Positions 39,052-47,499 of a stretch of DNA of 64,000 nt are shown piece after piece. The notes under the pieces were generated by a model, which was not told where the DNA came from, ran no database searches, and was given only the letters and a program-made list of their open reading frames with translations. The translations under genes were made by a program, and so were the position numbers. Position 1 is the stretch's first letter. Every line of letters begins with the position of its first letter. Where the stretch lies: NCBI GenBank assembly GCA_000146465.1, contig CP001946.1; one strand, 5' to 3'.

Positions 39052-39477
39052 TCAACCGACCTGGGTTTGGGCTTGCAGGGCTTGGATCTCTTCTCTAAGA
39101 TCCCAGAAGTTGACTTGTGTCAGTTCTTCTGCTATTTCTGGAGATTTGAGCCCTATCATTGTAATGTTTTCCCCTCTCACTATAAATAACTCGTGTTTCC
39201 TTTCTCCGTATTTTCCATCATGGAATATCCTCTCTATAACTTTGTCGAGTGTTATGCTATTAAATTGATCAAAGGACTTCATTACGCCGTAAAGGTATCT
39301 CCCATCTCGGAGCATGACAACAACTTCCTGTTCCAAATACTTCTCGTAGTCCCTTGTATTGTCAAAATCTTCATCCAGCATCTCAAGGCCAAGAAGGAAG
39401 AAGAAATTAAAACTCCAAAACCGTCCTGAAGCATTAAATCGTTTTATTGATGGATATATAGGTTTTCTTAGGAGCAT
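39052..39477 (-). CDS. LSM1: Sm-like protein LSm1
   Basis: The Sm fold (VVVMLRDGRYLYGVMKSFDQFNSITLDKVIERIF...FIVRGENITMIG) closely matches the LSm1 signature LRDGR...RS.DQFAN...VERI...VRGEN. The upstream ATG at 39475-39477 abuts the Imp3 stop. An internal ATG at 39379-39381 is an alternative start. Confidence 0.8.
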   Translation of the reverse strand: MLLRKPIYPSIKRFNASGRFWSFNFFFLLGLEMLDEDFDNTRDYEKYLEQEVVVMLRDGRYLYGVMKSFDQFNSITLDKVIERIFHDGKYGERKHELFIVRGENITMIGLKSPEIAEELTQVNFWDLREEIQALQAQTQVG

Positions 39478-40020
39478 TCAAACATAGTTGAAGTCGTCGG
39501 CCACTCCGTTGAACTCGTCGATCTTCTTCTTGATCTTGGACTCGTCGACCCAAGACACAAAGTCCTCCATGGCTTTACTTATAATTGTTGAGGGATCGTA
39601 AACAACCTTCGACCCAAGCCTAACATGGCCATGCTCAACAAATCTCGTGGCGTCCTTGAAATTGGGGACCATTCTGATTCTCTTCATAACCATCGGCAAC
39701 CGTCTCTCACAGAATGAAGAAACAGTTACTTTAGTACAGTCCACAAGCTTTCTATTTTTGATGATTCCAATACTGTATAGCTTCCCTACAAGCTTCTTGG
39801 TTACATTTGCCCTAATGAGATCGTTTTCGGGAAGTTTTGCTAATTTCTCGGCCAGCTTCCGTATCTTCCCTACTATTCTGTTATATCTCACATACTCCTC
39901 TCTGTCCCGCAGACAGTACTTTACAATAGCAAGGTGTTCAAGCGATGTGTTTGTGTTCTTCCACTCGAGGAAGTTGACTTTCTTCAGAAGCTTCTTTTCA
40001 TGGAATTTCAGCTCTCTCAT
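39478..40020 (-). CDS. IMP3: U3 snoRNP protein Imp3 (uS4/S4-domain)
   Basis: Near-collinear match to Imp3: MRELKFHEKKLLKKVNFLEWK...YNRIVGKIRKLAEKLAKLPENDLIR...KVTVSSFCERRLPMVMKRIRMV...FVEHGHVRLG...MEDFVSWVDESKIKK. Track start is TTG. The first ATG is 40018-40020. Confidence 0.9.
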   Translation of the reverse strand: MRELKFHEKKLLKKVNFLEWKNTNTSLEHLAIVKYCLRDREEYVRYNRIVGKIRKLAEKLAKLPENDLIRANVTKKLVGKLYSIGIIKNRKLVDCTKVTVSSFCERRLPMVMKRIRMVPNFKDATRFVEHGHVRLGSKVVYDPSTIISKAMEDFVSWVDESKIKKKIDEFNGVADDFNYV

Positions 40021-40098
40021 GGGCTTTCCATCCTTCAAAGTAAAACTATTCTAAAGTCAAGAAACAGAGTAGCATTATTTAGACAGAAACAGAATTTA

Positions 40099-40635
40099 TT
40101 ATTTATCAAATACTTCGGCAATAAAATGGTCAAACAACACTACTTCCTGTTCCCGGCAGTCCTCCGTACTAATCGGAGAAAAGTGGAGTGTTTGGCTATA
40201 CTTCTCATTGCCATTCGAGCAAACACCAGGATGGTTTCTACCGCTGGAGGCTGGAGTCATCCTGAACGTTGGGGACTGGGGAGTGTACTCTTCGGATACA
40301 CTTGCACTTTCAAAGGCAGAAGTGGATATAAATGCATCAAGCTTCTTATAGTTTGAGTTGTCTTTTGCAAACTCCCTGTGCTCAAACTCTTTTATGTGTT
40401 CTTCATAATTGCTGAACCTGGTGTAGCAAATTTCACAAAAGCCTTCCCGAGTATGGCGGCGTTTGTTTGATTGTTTGTACTTCTTGGTGGCCTGGAAAGG
40501 ACAGCATAGAGTTGGGCTGTCCAGGTGAAGTTTTGGGGCATCTGAGTTAACGTATTCCTTGTAGAACGGTTGGAACTTGTTCTTAAAGTCCTCTATAAGA
40601 ACATAAGGCTTCTTGAATACTTTGTAGCTCTTCAT
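40099..40635 (-). CDS. Dbf4-type zinc-finger protein (possible Cdc7 regulatory subunit remnant)
   Basis: GFCEICYTRFSNYEEHIKEFEHREFA matches the CCHH ZnF_DBF signature. The protein is only 178 aa, so other Dbf4 motifs are absent or unrecognisable. Confidence 0.6.
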   Translation of the reverse strand: MKSYKVFKKPYVLIEDFKNKFQPFYKEYVNSDAPKLHLDSPTLCCPFQATKKYKQSNKRRHTREGFCEICYTRFSNYEEHIKEFEHREFAKDNSNYKKLDAFISTSAFESASVSEEYTPQSPTFRMTPASSGRNHPGVCSNGNEKYSQTLHFSPISTEDCREQEVVLFDHFIAEVFDK

Positions 40636-40768
40636 TTCTTGACACTCTTCATACTTTTCTTTATTATTTTTCTCTTTTTGGCGGGAATCTCAGAAATTCA
40701 CATTCCATTGACTTAAATACCAAAACAAATCTCAAAAAGGCAAAAATCAAAGAAAAAAGTTCTTTTTA

Positions 40769-41467
40769 CTATTTAGCATGGACTTCTTCAAGACATCTTA
40801 GGACCTCTTCCTGCGCAAGGAATCTCTTACAGTCTTTAGAAAAGTGCAGGATCTCCATCCTATCCCCTTCTTTTGGCCCCAGCTCTCGAATCCTTCCAAG
40901 AAGCTTTAATATTTCAATTGTTGCTGTATTCATATCCATCTCTTCCTCCGGCAAATCGTTCTTAAGCCCTCCGTTAACAGCTTCTTCGTTCTCTCCATAA
41001 CACATTCCTTTCCATCTGTTTAATGTCCCACTTGGATCTGTGGAAAACAGGGTATACTCTCCGTTTACTATTCCTGCGTACAGGAAGGACACTCCAAAGG
41101 GCCGTGTCCCAGCATATTGAGTGAATGCTTGTTTTCTTTGCCCAATTGCCTTGCATAAGGTTGTAAGAGGACATTGTACTCCAAGCTTTTCTAGAACTTC
41201 CTGAGCTTTCAGCTGTGCATATCTCTTGAGTCTCATTGCATCTCCAAACAACCCAGATAGTGCACAATAAATATCATCACTCAGCTGGTAAATCTTTTCC
41301 ATCGGCCCATTTGTAGGCTCTTTATTTATTCCTATGAGAACAATACCATCTGTACACACATACCCAATTATTGTTCCTGCCTTAGACACATTCTTGATTG
41401 CAAACTCCACCTGGGGCAGCCTGCCTTCGTCCGTAAATGTGTTGGACTTGGGTTTGTTGTCCTCCAT
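40769..41467 (-). CDS. 20S proteasome alpha subunit (alpha7/PSMA3-like)
   Basis: FTDEGRLPQVEFA alpha-subunit N-terminal signature. The RPFGVSFLYAG...LFSTDPSGT core is present. Confidence 0.9.
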   Translation of the reverse strand: MEDNKPKSNTFTDEGRLPQVEFAIKNVSKAGTIIGYVCTDGIVLIGINKEPTNGPMEKIYQLSDDIYCALSGLFGDAMRLKRYAQLKAQEVLEKLGVQCPLTTLCKAIGQRKQAFTQYAGTRPFGVSFLYAGIVNGEYTLFSTDPSGTLNRWKGMCYGENEEAVNGGLKNDLPEEEMDMNTATIEILKLLGRIRELGPKEGDRMEILHFSKDCKRFLAQEEVLRCLEEVHAK

Positions 41468-41616
41468 GTTCAGGGTCTTATTTTAGGGATGATTTCTTCA
41501 ATCGATGGAATGGACTCTCACAAGATTGTTGTTTCACTTTTAATGGGGAGTTTGGATGGCATAAGGCTTGGAGTTTTTGCTAAAACCCAGAGGTATACAG
41601 GCTTACCCATCTATAT

Positions 41617-42126
41617 ATGAAAAACCTATTTGACAAGCTGGAAATAAGCTCTTCGTGCTGTCTCGGAAAGAAAGACAAAAAAGATATAAACAGGCAGCTA
41701 GGCCGAGAGATATTGGGCAAGACCGAAGGATATATGCTTCATAAGTGTAGAAATAGAGCATCTGTGATATCTCGGGAGGGATTGGCAATTTTGTTCTGTT
41801 TCAACAAGAAGTACTTTCCAACAATACAATATCTTGAAAAACACAGCAACGAAGAGTTTCATGAAGTATTTTTAGACGATGGGGCGCTTGGGCCTTTAAG
41901 TAGAGGAGCAGATGTCATGATCCCGGGTATACTTAAATACAAAGATCTGGTGAAAGGAGACTTTGAAGAAGGAGATAGTGTTGTTATACGGATTCTTGGG
42001 AAGTCTATTGTGGGTATTGGAGAGGCGGTTGTAAGCTTTAAAGACATGGCCAAGAAGGGTAACGGAATAGGGATTGAAGTATATCACCGAATTGGAGATG
42101 AGCTATACAACGAGAAATGTCTCTAG
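41617..42126 (+). CDS. TMA20: MCT-1/Tma20 translation reinitiation/recycling factor (DUF1947 + PUA)
   Basis: Aligns to MCT-1: LDDGALGPLSRGADVMIPGI and the PUA C-terminus KKGNGIGIEVYHRIGDELY. Confidence 0.85.
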   Translation: MKNLFDKLEISSSCCLGKKDKKDINRQLGREILGKTEGYMLHKCRNRASVISREGLAILFCFNKKYFPTIQYLEKHSNEEFHEVFLDDGALGPLSRGADVMIPGILKYKDLVKGDFEEGDSVVIRILGKSIVGIGEAVVSFKDMAKKGNGIGIEVYHRIGDELYNEKCL

Positions 42127-42191
42127 GAAATCAATAAATGTTTCTCTTGAGGATGAAGAGAAAGGATATATACTTGACTTGTGAAGCGAAC

Positions 42192-42310
42192 AGTTGCGGC
42201 CATATCCACGGAAAAGCACCGGAACTCGTCAGATCTCCGCAGTTAAGCCTGTGCGAGCCCGGATAGTACTGAGGCGGGAGACCACTCGGGAATCCCGGGT
42301 GCTGCAACTT
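42192..42310 (+). rRNA. 5S ribosomal RNA
   Basis: AGTTGCGGCCATATCCACGG...GTTAAGC...GAGTACTG...GGGAGACCAC..GGGAATCCCGGGTGCTGCAACT matches the eukaryotic 5S consensus along its whole length (about 119 nt). Confidence 0.9.
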
Positions 42311-42328
42311 TTTGCAGAAATTCTTTTT
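42309..42328 (+). terminator. Pol III terminator T-runs after 5S rRNA
   Basis: TTTTT runs from the last base of 5S, and a second TTTTT at 42324-42328, as expected for Pol III termination. Confidence 0.6.
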
Positions 42329-42384
42329 ATGGAAAACTCAGCCTGGCCTGGCAAGAGAAGGGTCCGGTACTAAAAATTGTCTTT

Positions 42385-43479
42385 TTATTTACTGAAGGAT
42401 CGAGTATCTGCATTAACAACCTCTGTAAATGTGTATCCAGGAGACACCTTGCAGTTTATAAGCACACTCCCAGGAAGGATTGTGGCTCCCATTCCAATTA
42501 TAGAGCCTTCAATGTGTGATCCATGTCCAATCGAGACACTGGACATTACAATTGATGATATTATTTTTGACTCTTCCCCGATATCACAATCCCTTCCAAT
42601 TATCGAGTCAAGAAGAAGCACATTTCCTGTCTTTGTGTTGTTGTCAATCACATTACTTAGGTCCTTGAGGTTATACTTCTTCACATAGTCTTTTATGAAT
42701 TTGGCATTTGATTCGCTTGTTTTAAGTTTCTTATCGGTACTAATTGAATGTCTTTTGAGCAGAGCGTTTACGCTTAAATAATTACTTATGCTTCTTATCT
42801 GATAGATGTAACTCTTCCCAGGCCTATGAATTCCAACAGGATTTGTCAAGGCCAGGTTCTTCACAACATTTGGAAGAAGATCATGCTTAAAGCTGAAATA
42901 ATCCGGCTTGAACATCTTGAACAGCGAAGTCTTGAGCATGTAGAACTGGAGGATGTCAAGATCTTTCGTAAGAGTTAGACCCTTCTTCAATAGATGGAAG
43001 GGAATCTCTTCGTTACAGTCGTTTGAATAAAACATCAAGTCGTCCCCTTTGTATCCTAGAATAGATGTTTCTGATACAGCATTTCCTAGAATCACCATGA
43101 GTGCTTTCTTACTGTCGAAGTAGTGAAATGCCATTGCCTGAATGTCCATGTTGGTTACAATATCTCCTTTGCACACAAGAACATCATTAGATGTTATCCT
43201 TGGATATAAACTTAAGAGAGACGCAACTGTTCCATCGTATGTGTCGATCCCCACATATTCTACCGGTACATCGATATCTTCTCCCAAAGCACTCATGAGA
43301 TCTTCCTTTTCCTCATTCAGCCCAACCACAAAAAACCTTTTTGAGACGCTCTTTAGGCACTCCATTGTATGTAGAATCATTGGGCTATTCATGATTGGGA
43401 GGCATGCCTTTGAAAACTTCTCATTCACTATTGGAAACAGCTCTGTCCCAGGACCTATCAAGATTATTATCTCAAACAT
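42385..43479 (-). CDS. nucleotidyltransferase + left-handed beta-helix protein: GDP-mannose pyrophosphorylase (Psa1/GMPP)-like, alternatively eIF2B-gamma-like
   Basis: The N-terminal NTP-transferase fold has PMILHTMECL (compare Psa1 PMILHQIEAL), but the catalytic loop reads IGPGTELFPI instead of GGxGTRLRPLT. C-terminal hexapeptide repeats (IGRDCDIGEESKIISSIVMSSVSIGHGSHIEGSIIGMGATI). Length 364 aa is Psa1-like. Track start is TTG. The first ATG is 43477-43479. Confidence 0.7.
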   Translation of the reverse strand: MFEIIILIGPGTELFPIVNEKFSKACLPIMNSPMILHTMECLKSVSKRFFVVGLNEEKEDLMSALGEDIDVPVEYVGIDTYDGTVASLLSLYPRITSNDVLVCKGDIVTNMDIQAMAFHYFDSKKALMVILGNAVSETSILGYKGDDLMFYSNDCNEEIPFHLLKKGLTLTKDLDILQFYMLKTSLFKMFKPDYFSFKHDLLPNVVKNLALTNPVGIHRPGKSYIYQIRSISNYLSVNALLKRHSISTDKKLKTSESNAKFIKDYVKKYNLKDLSNVIDNNTKTGNVLLLDSIIGRDCDIGEESKIISSIVMSSVSIGHGSHIEGSIIGMGATILPGSVLINCKVSPGYTFTEVVNADTRSFSK

Positions 43480-43555
43480 ATGAGAATAGGGGATGGAAAA
43501 TGAATCCAATTGGTCTCTCCATGGCTAAGTCAAGGAAGGAATTCTCGGTTCTATA

Positions 43556-44782
43556 ATGTGTAGGAAGACTAAGGGAGTGTTCCTTTTGTTCTTTTCTGTA
43601 AGACTTGGCATAATGCTTTGGGAGGTTAGATTTCAGCACCTCTATTCCTCATATCTGGAAAGAGGACTGCCATGGTTTAAGCCAGATACTTTGACAGGAA
43701 AGATGGCTACTGATGGAAGATTGTTTGGCGATGCACAGCTCAAAGCTTCAAACCTTAGGCTCAAAAGCCTGTATAAAGAGATGAAAGCTCTTGTGCTGTA
43801 CATGGGAGTTGTATTCTTGATATTCAACAACAAGATCCGAAGCAAAGCAATCAGGTTGTTGGGATTTCTTTGGATACCCAATTCAGAAGTAATGTTCCTA
43901 TTACTTCTGATTTCCACAATTACCTTTATAGAGAAACTCTGTGGTGTAGGGCTCACACTAGTAGAAGGCACGTGCAGTGTGAGATATATAGAGTATCCGT
44001 TTAATATGGTAGTTTTATTTCTTGTAGAGCTCCCACTCACAATATGCCTCATAATAAAGCTTTTTGAGCTCCTGAGGAAAAAGACTATGGCGACATTCTA
44101 TGCTGCCTTTGTAATAAGCAACTTATTCAACACCTTTTGGAATGCAAGGATAGATAAGAACAGGCTAACCAAGGTTCCTCTTGAGAAGTTTCCGTCGAAA
44201 CTACAAGCGATGCTTAAGTCCGAGGGACTGGAAGAATCGATCTACAAAGTTAAAGGCACCCAAGAGAAAAAAAATGCATCTCTGATTGGATTTAGCAGCT
44301 TTAAAAGAATTGAAATAACCGGAGACTTTGACAAAGATCCAAAAAAACTATATCCTGTCCTGTTCCATGAAATAGGCCATTCGATTGATAACATTATACT
44401 AAAGAAAAAGATTATTATACACATAATAGTGGGATGCGAGGCGTTAGCATTTTGGTTGATTTATGTAAAAGGAAGCAAGGCTTTTGGATTTTCAGACATA
44501 ACGTCCGAGTCATTTGTCTTGATCATTCTTGCCATGTATCTGGTTCTTGGAAGGACTTTGATCCTTATCCCTTTAAATATGTATGTGCAGCGTTCGGAGT
44601 TATTTGCCGATGAAATTGCATTGGCAAACGGACATGGAAAAGAGCTTTCTCAAACACTGTTTGACATGGCTTTAGAGCACAGCACAGTTATTGATACGAC
44701 ATATCTTTTCAATGCGATAGCATCGTTACATCCTATTGTTAGAGAAAGAATCGATAGATGTGGAAGTCTCCTGCAGAAATAG
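43556..44782 (+). CDS. STE24: Ste24-family (M48A) integral-membrane zinc metalloprotease, paralogue A
   Basis: Multi-TM. NASLIGFSSFKRIEITGDF aligns to ZMPSTE24 NAYFYGFFKNKRIVLFDTL. Zinc site HEIGHS (HExxH). Downstream glutamate in QRSELFADEIA (compare FEFQADAFA). C-terminus LHPIVRERI (compare SHPPLLERL). Confidence 0.75.
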   Translation: MCRKTKGVFLLFFSVRLGIMLWEVRFQHLYSSYLERGLPWFKPDTLTGKMATDGRLFGDAQLKASNLRLKSLYKEMKALVLYMGVVFLIFNNKIRSKAIRLLGFLWIPNSEVMFLLLLISTITFIEKLCGVGLTLVEGTCSVRYIEYPFNMVVLFLVELPLTICLIIKLFELLRKKTMATFYAAFVISNLFNTFWNARIDKNRLTKVPLEKFPSKLQAMLKSEGLEESIYKVKGTQEKKNASLIGFSSFKRIEITGDFDKDPKKLYPVLFHEIGHSIDNIILKKKIIIHIIVGCEALAFWLIYVKGSKAFGFSDITSESFVLIILAMYLVLGRTLILIPLNMYVQRSELFADEIALANGHGKELSQTLFDMALEHSTVIDTTYLFNAIASLHPIVRERIDRCGSLLQK

Positions 44783-44807
44783 TAACTAAAATATCCCATA
44801 TTTAGGA

Positions 44808-45398
44808 ATGAATGGAATTGAAGACAGCAATCCATTTGAAGAGCTTAAAGAATATGAAGTGGTTGTGGCATACGACGATGAAAACAAGAAGCTTTCCAAC
44901 GTAATGAAGGATAGAGGGCTTGATTATGTCGAGGTGAATCTGGCGGTTTCTGAGAAGCTCAGGACAGAATTTATGAAACATTTTAGAGTTTCTGAACTCC
45001 CTGTGCTCTTGATTGAAGGAATACCTGCTCTTGACGATCCAAGTGAAAGGATTAAGGAGTATATTGAGAGAAAAGAGAAAAAATCCTTAGAGAAAATTCA
45101 GAGTGTGATTGATCCTAACAAGATTACTCTTTTCATTAAGGGATCCCCCGAACATCCAAGATGTGGATTCACCAAGTCCCTTATAGAAATTTTGTATGGC
45201 TTAGGAGTAACAAGGGATAAAATAGAATACCTTGATGTTCTTTCAGATGAGGATATTAGGGAGAGACTAAAAGAAATAAACAGATGGCCCACTTTTCCAC
45301 AGGTATACATTAGGGGCCGATTCATAGGGGGGTTGGATATTGTCCGAAAGATGTCTGAAAAAGGAAAGCTTAAAGATGAACTCTCAGGAATAATCTGA
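44808..45398 (+). CDS. monothiol glutaredoxin, Grx3/Grx4 (PICOT)-type: Trx-like + CGFS Grx domain
   Basis: The C-terminal Grx domain KGSPEHPRCGFTKSLIEILYGLGV...WPTFPQVYIRGRFIGGLDIV carries a CGFS active site. The N-terminal half is thioredoxin-like. Confidence 0.85.
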   Translation: MNGIEDSNPFEELKEYEVVVAYDDENKKLSNVMKDRGLDYVEVNLAVSEKLRTEFMKHFRVSELPVLLIEGIPALDDPSERIKEYIERKEKKSLEKIQSVIDPNKITLFIKGSPEHPRCGFTKSLIEILYGLGVTRDKIEYLDVLSDEDIRERLKEINRWPTFPQVYIRGRFIGGLDIVRKMSEKGKLKDELSGII

Positions 45399-45458
45399 AA
45401 ATAAAACCTGTTGTTTGTATTCTTGATACATATTAAAAGAATTCCAACAAACAAAAAG

Positions 45459-46673
45459 ATGAAGTACCTTTCTCGAGGGATGTTCTATTTGTTCTTCATG
45501 CTTACGTATCTTGCCCAGATGATAGAGGTCTTGAATGTATTGATCACCAAAAGTCATCTGGACTCTGGACAAACAGGAATTGAAGAAGGACTAGCAACAA
45601 ACGAAATGGCAAAGAAAGATCAGGACTATGCCCCCAAAGCCAAGAAAGCAATAGGAAAAAGAAACAAGGAGCTACTTGAGGATATAGTGGCACACACTAT
45701 CCATTTTACCGCCAACATCTTGTTCTTTACTGGGATTGGAAAATCGTTTAGCATGAGAATACTTGGCAAGATCTTTGGGGAGATATTTGACCTTGAGATT
45801 GTGTTCCTTACAGCCGTAATTTCGATGATTTCCCTTGATGGTTTTATAGAGTATATTGTCTGCTTGGTATATAAGAATCCGTCGCTAGAAATGATTTTCT
45901 TGTGGTGTTTCTTTGCAATTGTATTTGTTATCCCAACATGTATCCTCATTTCTATAAAGCTCTTGAGGATCTTTGGATCCAGTTTCGTAATTTCCTGTTA
46001 TCTCTCCTACTTCATTCTGGAGATATCTGATATCTTATCTGTATCCAATGTGGATTTTAGTAAGATGGAGAAGGTGCCATCAAATATATTTTCGGAGAAT
46101 GTCCAGGTTCTTATGAAGGACAGAGGGCTTTCGGATTCTATCTATAGAGAAATAAATCCGGGAAAGAACGTCAATGCAGCTCTTATAGGGATTGGCGGTG
46201 CTGAGAGGATTGAAATCTACGGAAAAGTCGAGAATATGAACGATGGACAGCTGGAATCTATATTGATTCATGAAGTAGGACATTCCTATGATGGAAGTTT
46301 GGTCAAGAAGATATCGGTCTTTTTGATTCTTCTGGGTTTTGAAATGATGCTTTTAGTATTCTTGTACGATAACATAGCAAAAGAATTCATATGGAACAAT
46401 ATTTCGAAGGAGGGGTCATTTGTAGTGCTTGTATGCCTTTATTTTGCATCAATCCGTCCATGGTTGTTTATTCTGTATAACCTTACGTCTCAAAGTGCAG
46501 AGATGTACGCAGACCTTTTAACAAAACAATATAACTACAATGGAAAGCTGGCAGATACTCTATACAAGATATCTGTGGACTCCTTTGATTTCCTGGCACC
46601 ATCCTGGCTGTACAACAGCTTAAACTCGTTACATCCCAGTATAATGAACAGGATTGAATATCTAAGCAACTAA
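45459..46673 (+). CDS. STE24: Ste24-family (M48A) integral-membrane zinc metalloprotease, paralogue B
   Basis: Same architecture as paralogue A: NAALIGIGGAERIEIYGKV, HEVGHS, QSAEMYADLLT and LHPSIMNRIEYL. Track start at 45411 is TTG. The first ATG is 45459. Confidence 0.75.
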   Translation: MKYLSRGMFYLFFMLTYLAQMIEVLNVLITKSHLDSGQTGIEEGLATNEMAKKDQDYAPKAKKAIGKRNKELLEDIVAHTIHFTANILFFTGIGKSFSMRILGKIFGEIFDLEIVFLTAVISMISLDGFIEYIVCLVYKNPSLEMIFLWCFFAIVFVIPTCILISIKLLRIFGSSFVISCYLSYFILEISDILSVSNVDFSKMEKVPSNIFSENVQVLMKDRGLSDSIYREINPGKNVNAALIGIGGAERIEIYGKVENMNDGQLESILIHEVGHSYDGSLVKKISVFLILLGFEMMLLVFLYDNIAKEFIWNNISKEGSFVVLVCLYFASIRPWLFILYNLTSQSAEMYADLLTKQYNYNGKLADTLYKISVDSFDFLAPSWLYNSLNSLHPSIMNRIEYLSN

Positions 46674-46772
46674 TAAATCTTTAGAACATTTCGAGTGGGT
46701 CTTGAGGCTTTGGACGGAGTTTCTTTAGTGGGATTTGAAATCTGATGAGTCCTGTAAATGCGCATCCCCAGG

Positions 46773-47471
46773 ATGGAAGATTTTAAACAAAGTGTAAACA
46801 CCTACAGCTCAGAAGGAAGAATACATCAGATTGAGTATGCAATGAAGGCGATGAATCTTGGAACAACAACAATAGGAATAAGAACCAAGGATTTTGCAAT
46901 ATTGTGCTCTGAGAAGAAAATATTATCTACTTTGCAGAATCCTAGAACAGTAGTGAAACATTATGAGATCTACGACCACATTGTGCTTGGCTTTTCGGGG
47001 ATAAGCGGAGACACAAAGACTATTGTAAAGAAATCTCGAGATTTTTGCATTTCTCATATGCATATGTATGGAGAAAATGCTAGTGTAGAGAGGCTTCTGA
47101 AGTATCTTTCCAGCCTGAGTCTAAGGTTTGGAGAGGAGGACGAGGCTAAAATGATATTTCGAAGGCCTTTTGGAGTCTCACTAATTGTGGCAGGGTTTGA
47201 TAGCGAGCCCAGGTTATATTCTTTGGATCCTTCCGGATCATATGTTAGCTACAAAGCAAAGGCTATAGGATCCGGACATGAAGTGGTTGAGGGTATTCTC
47301 GAGAACGAATATGAAGAATACAAGGAGCTTGACCAGTCCTTGAAAAAGGCTCTTTACACCCTGTCAAAAGTGATGAAGGACAAGATCAATAAGGAGAATG
47401 TAGAGGTTGTGACGGTTACAAAAGAGGGAAACAAGTTTCTGACTCCAGAAGAAATATCGGTATATCTATGA
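46773..47471 (+). CDS. 20S proteasome alpha subunit (alpha6/PSMA1-like)
   Basis: YSSEGRIHQIEYAMKA N-terminal signature and PFGVSLIVAGFD core. An upstream in-frame ATG at 46758 is an alternative start. ATG 46773 has ccccagg immediately upstream. Confidence 0.9.
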   Translation: MEDFKQSVNTYSSEGRIHQIEYAMKAMNLGTTTIGIRTKDFAILCSEKKILSTLQNPRTVVKHYEIYDHIVLGFSGISGDTKTIVKKSRDFCISHMHMYGENASVERLLKYLSSLSLRFGEEDEAKMIFRRPFGVSLIVAGFDSEPRLYSLDPSGSYVSYKAKAIGSGHEVVEGILENEYEEYKELDQSLKKALYTLSKVMKDKINKENVEVVTVTKEGNKFLTPEEISVYL

Positions 47472-47499
47472 ATGAATTTCTAGGAATCTGTTTTTATGT

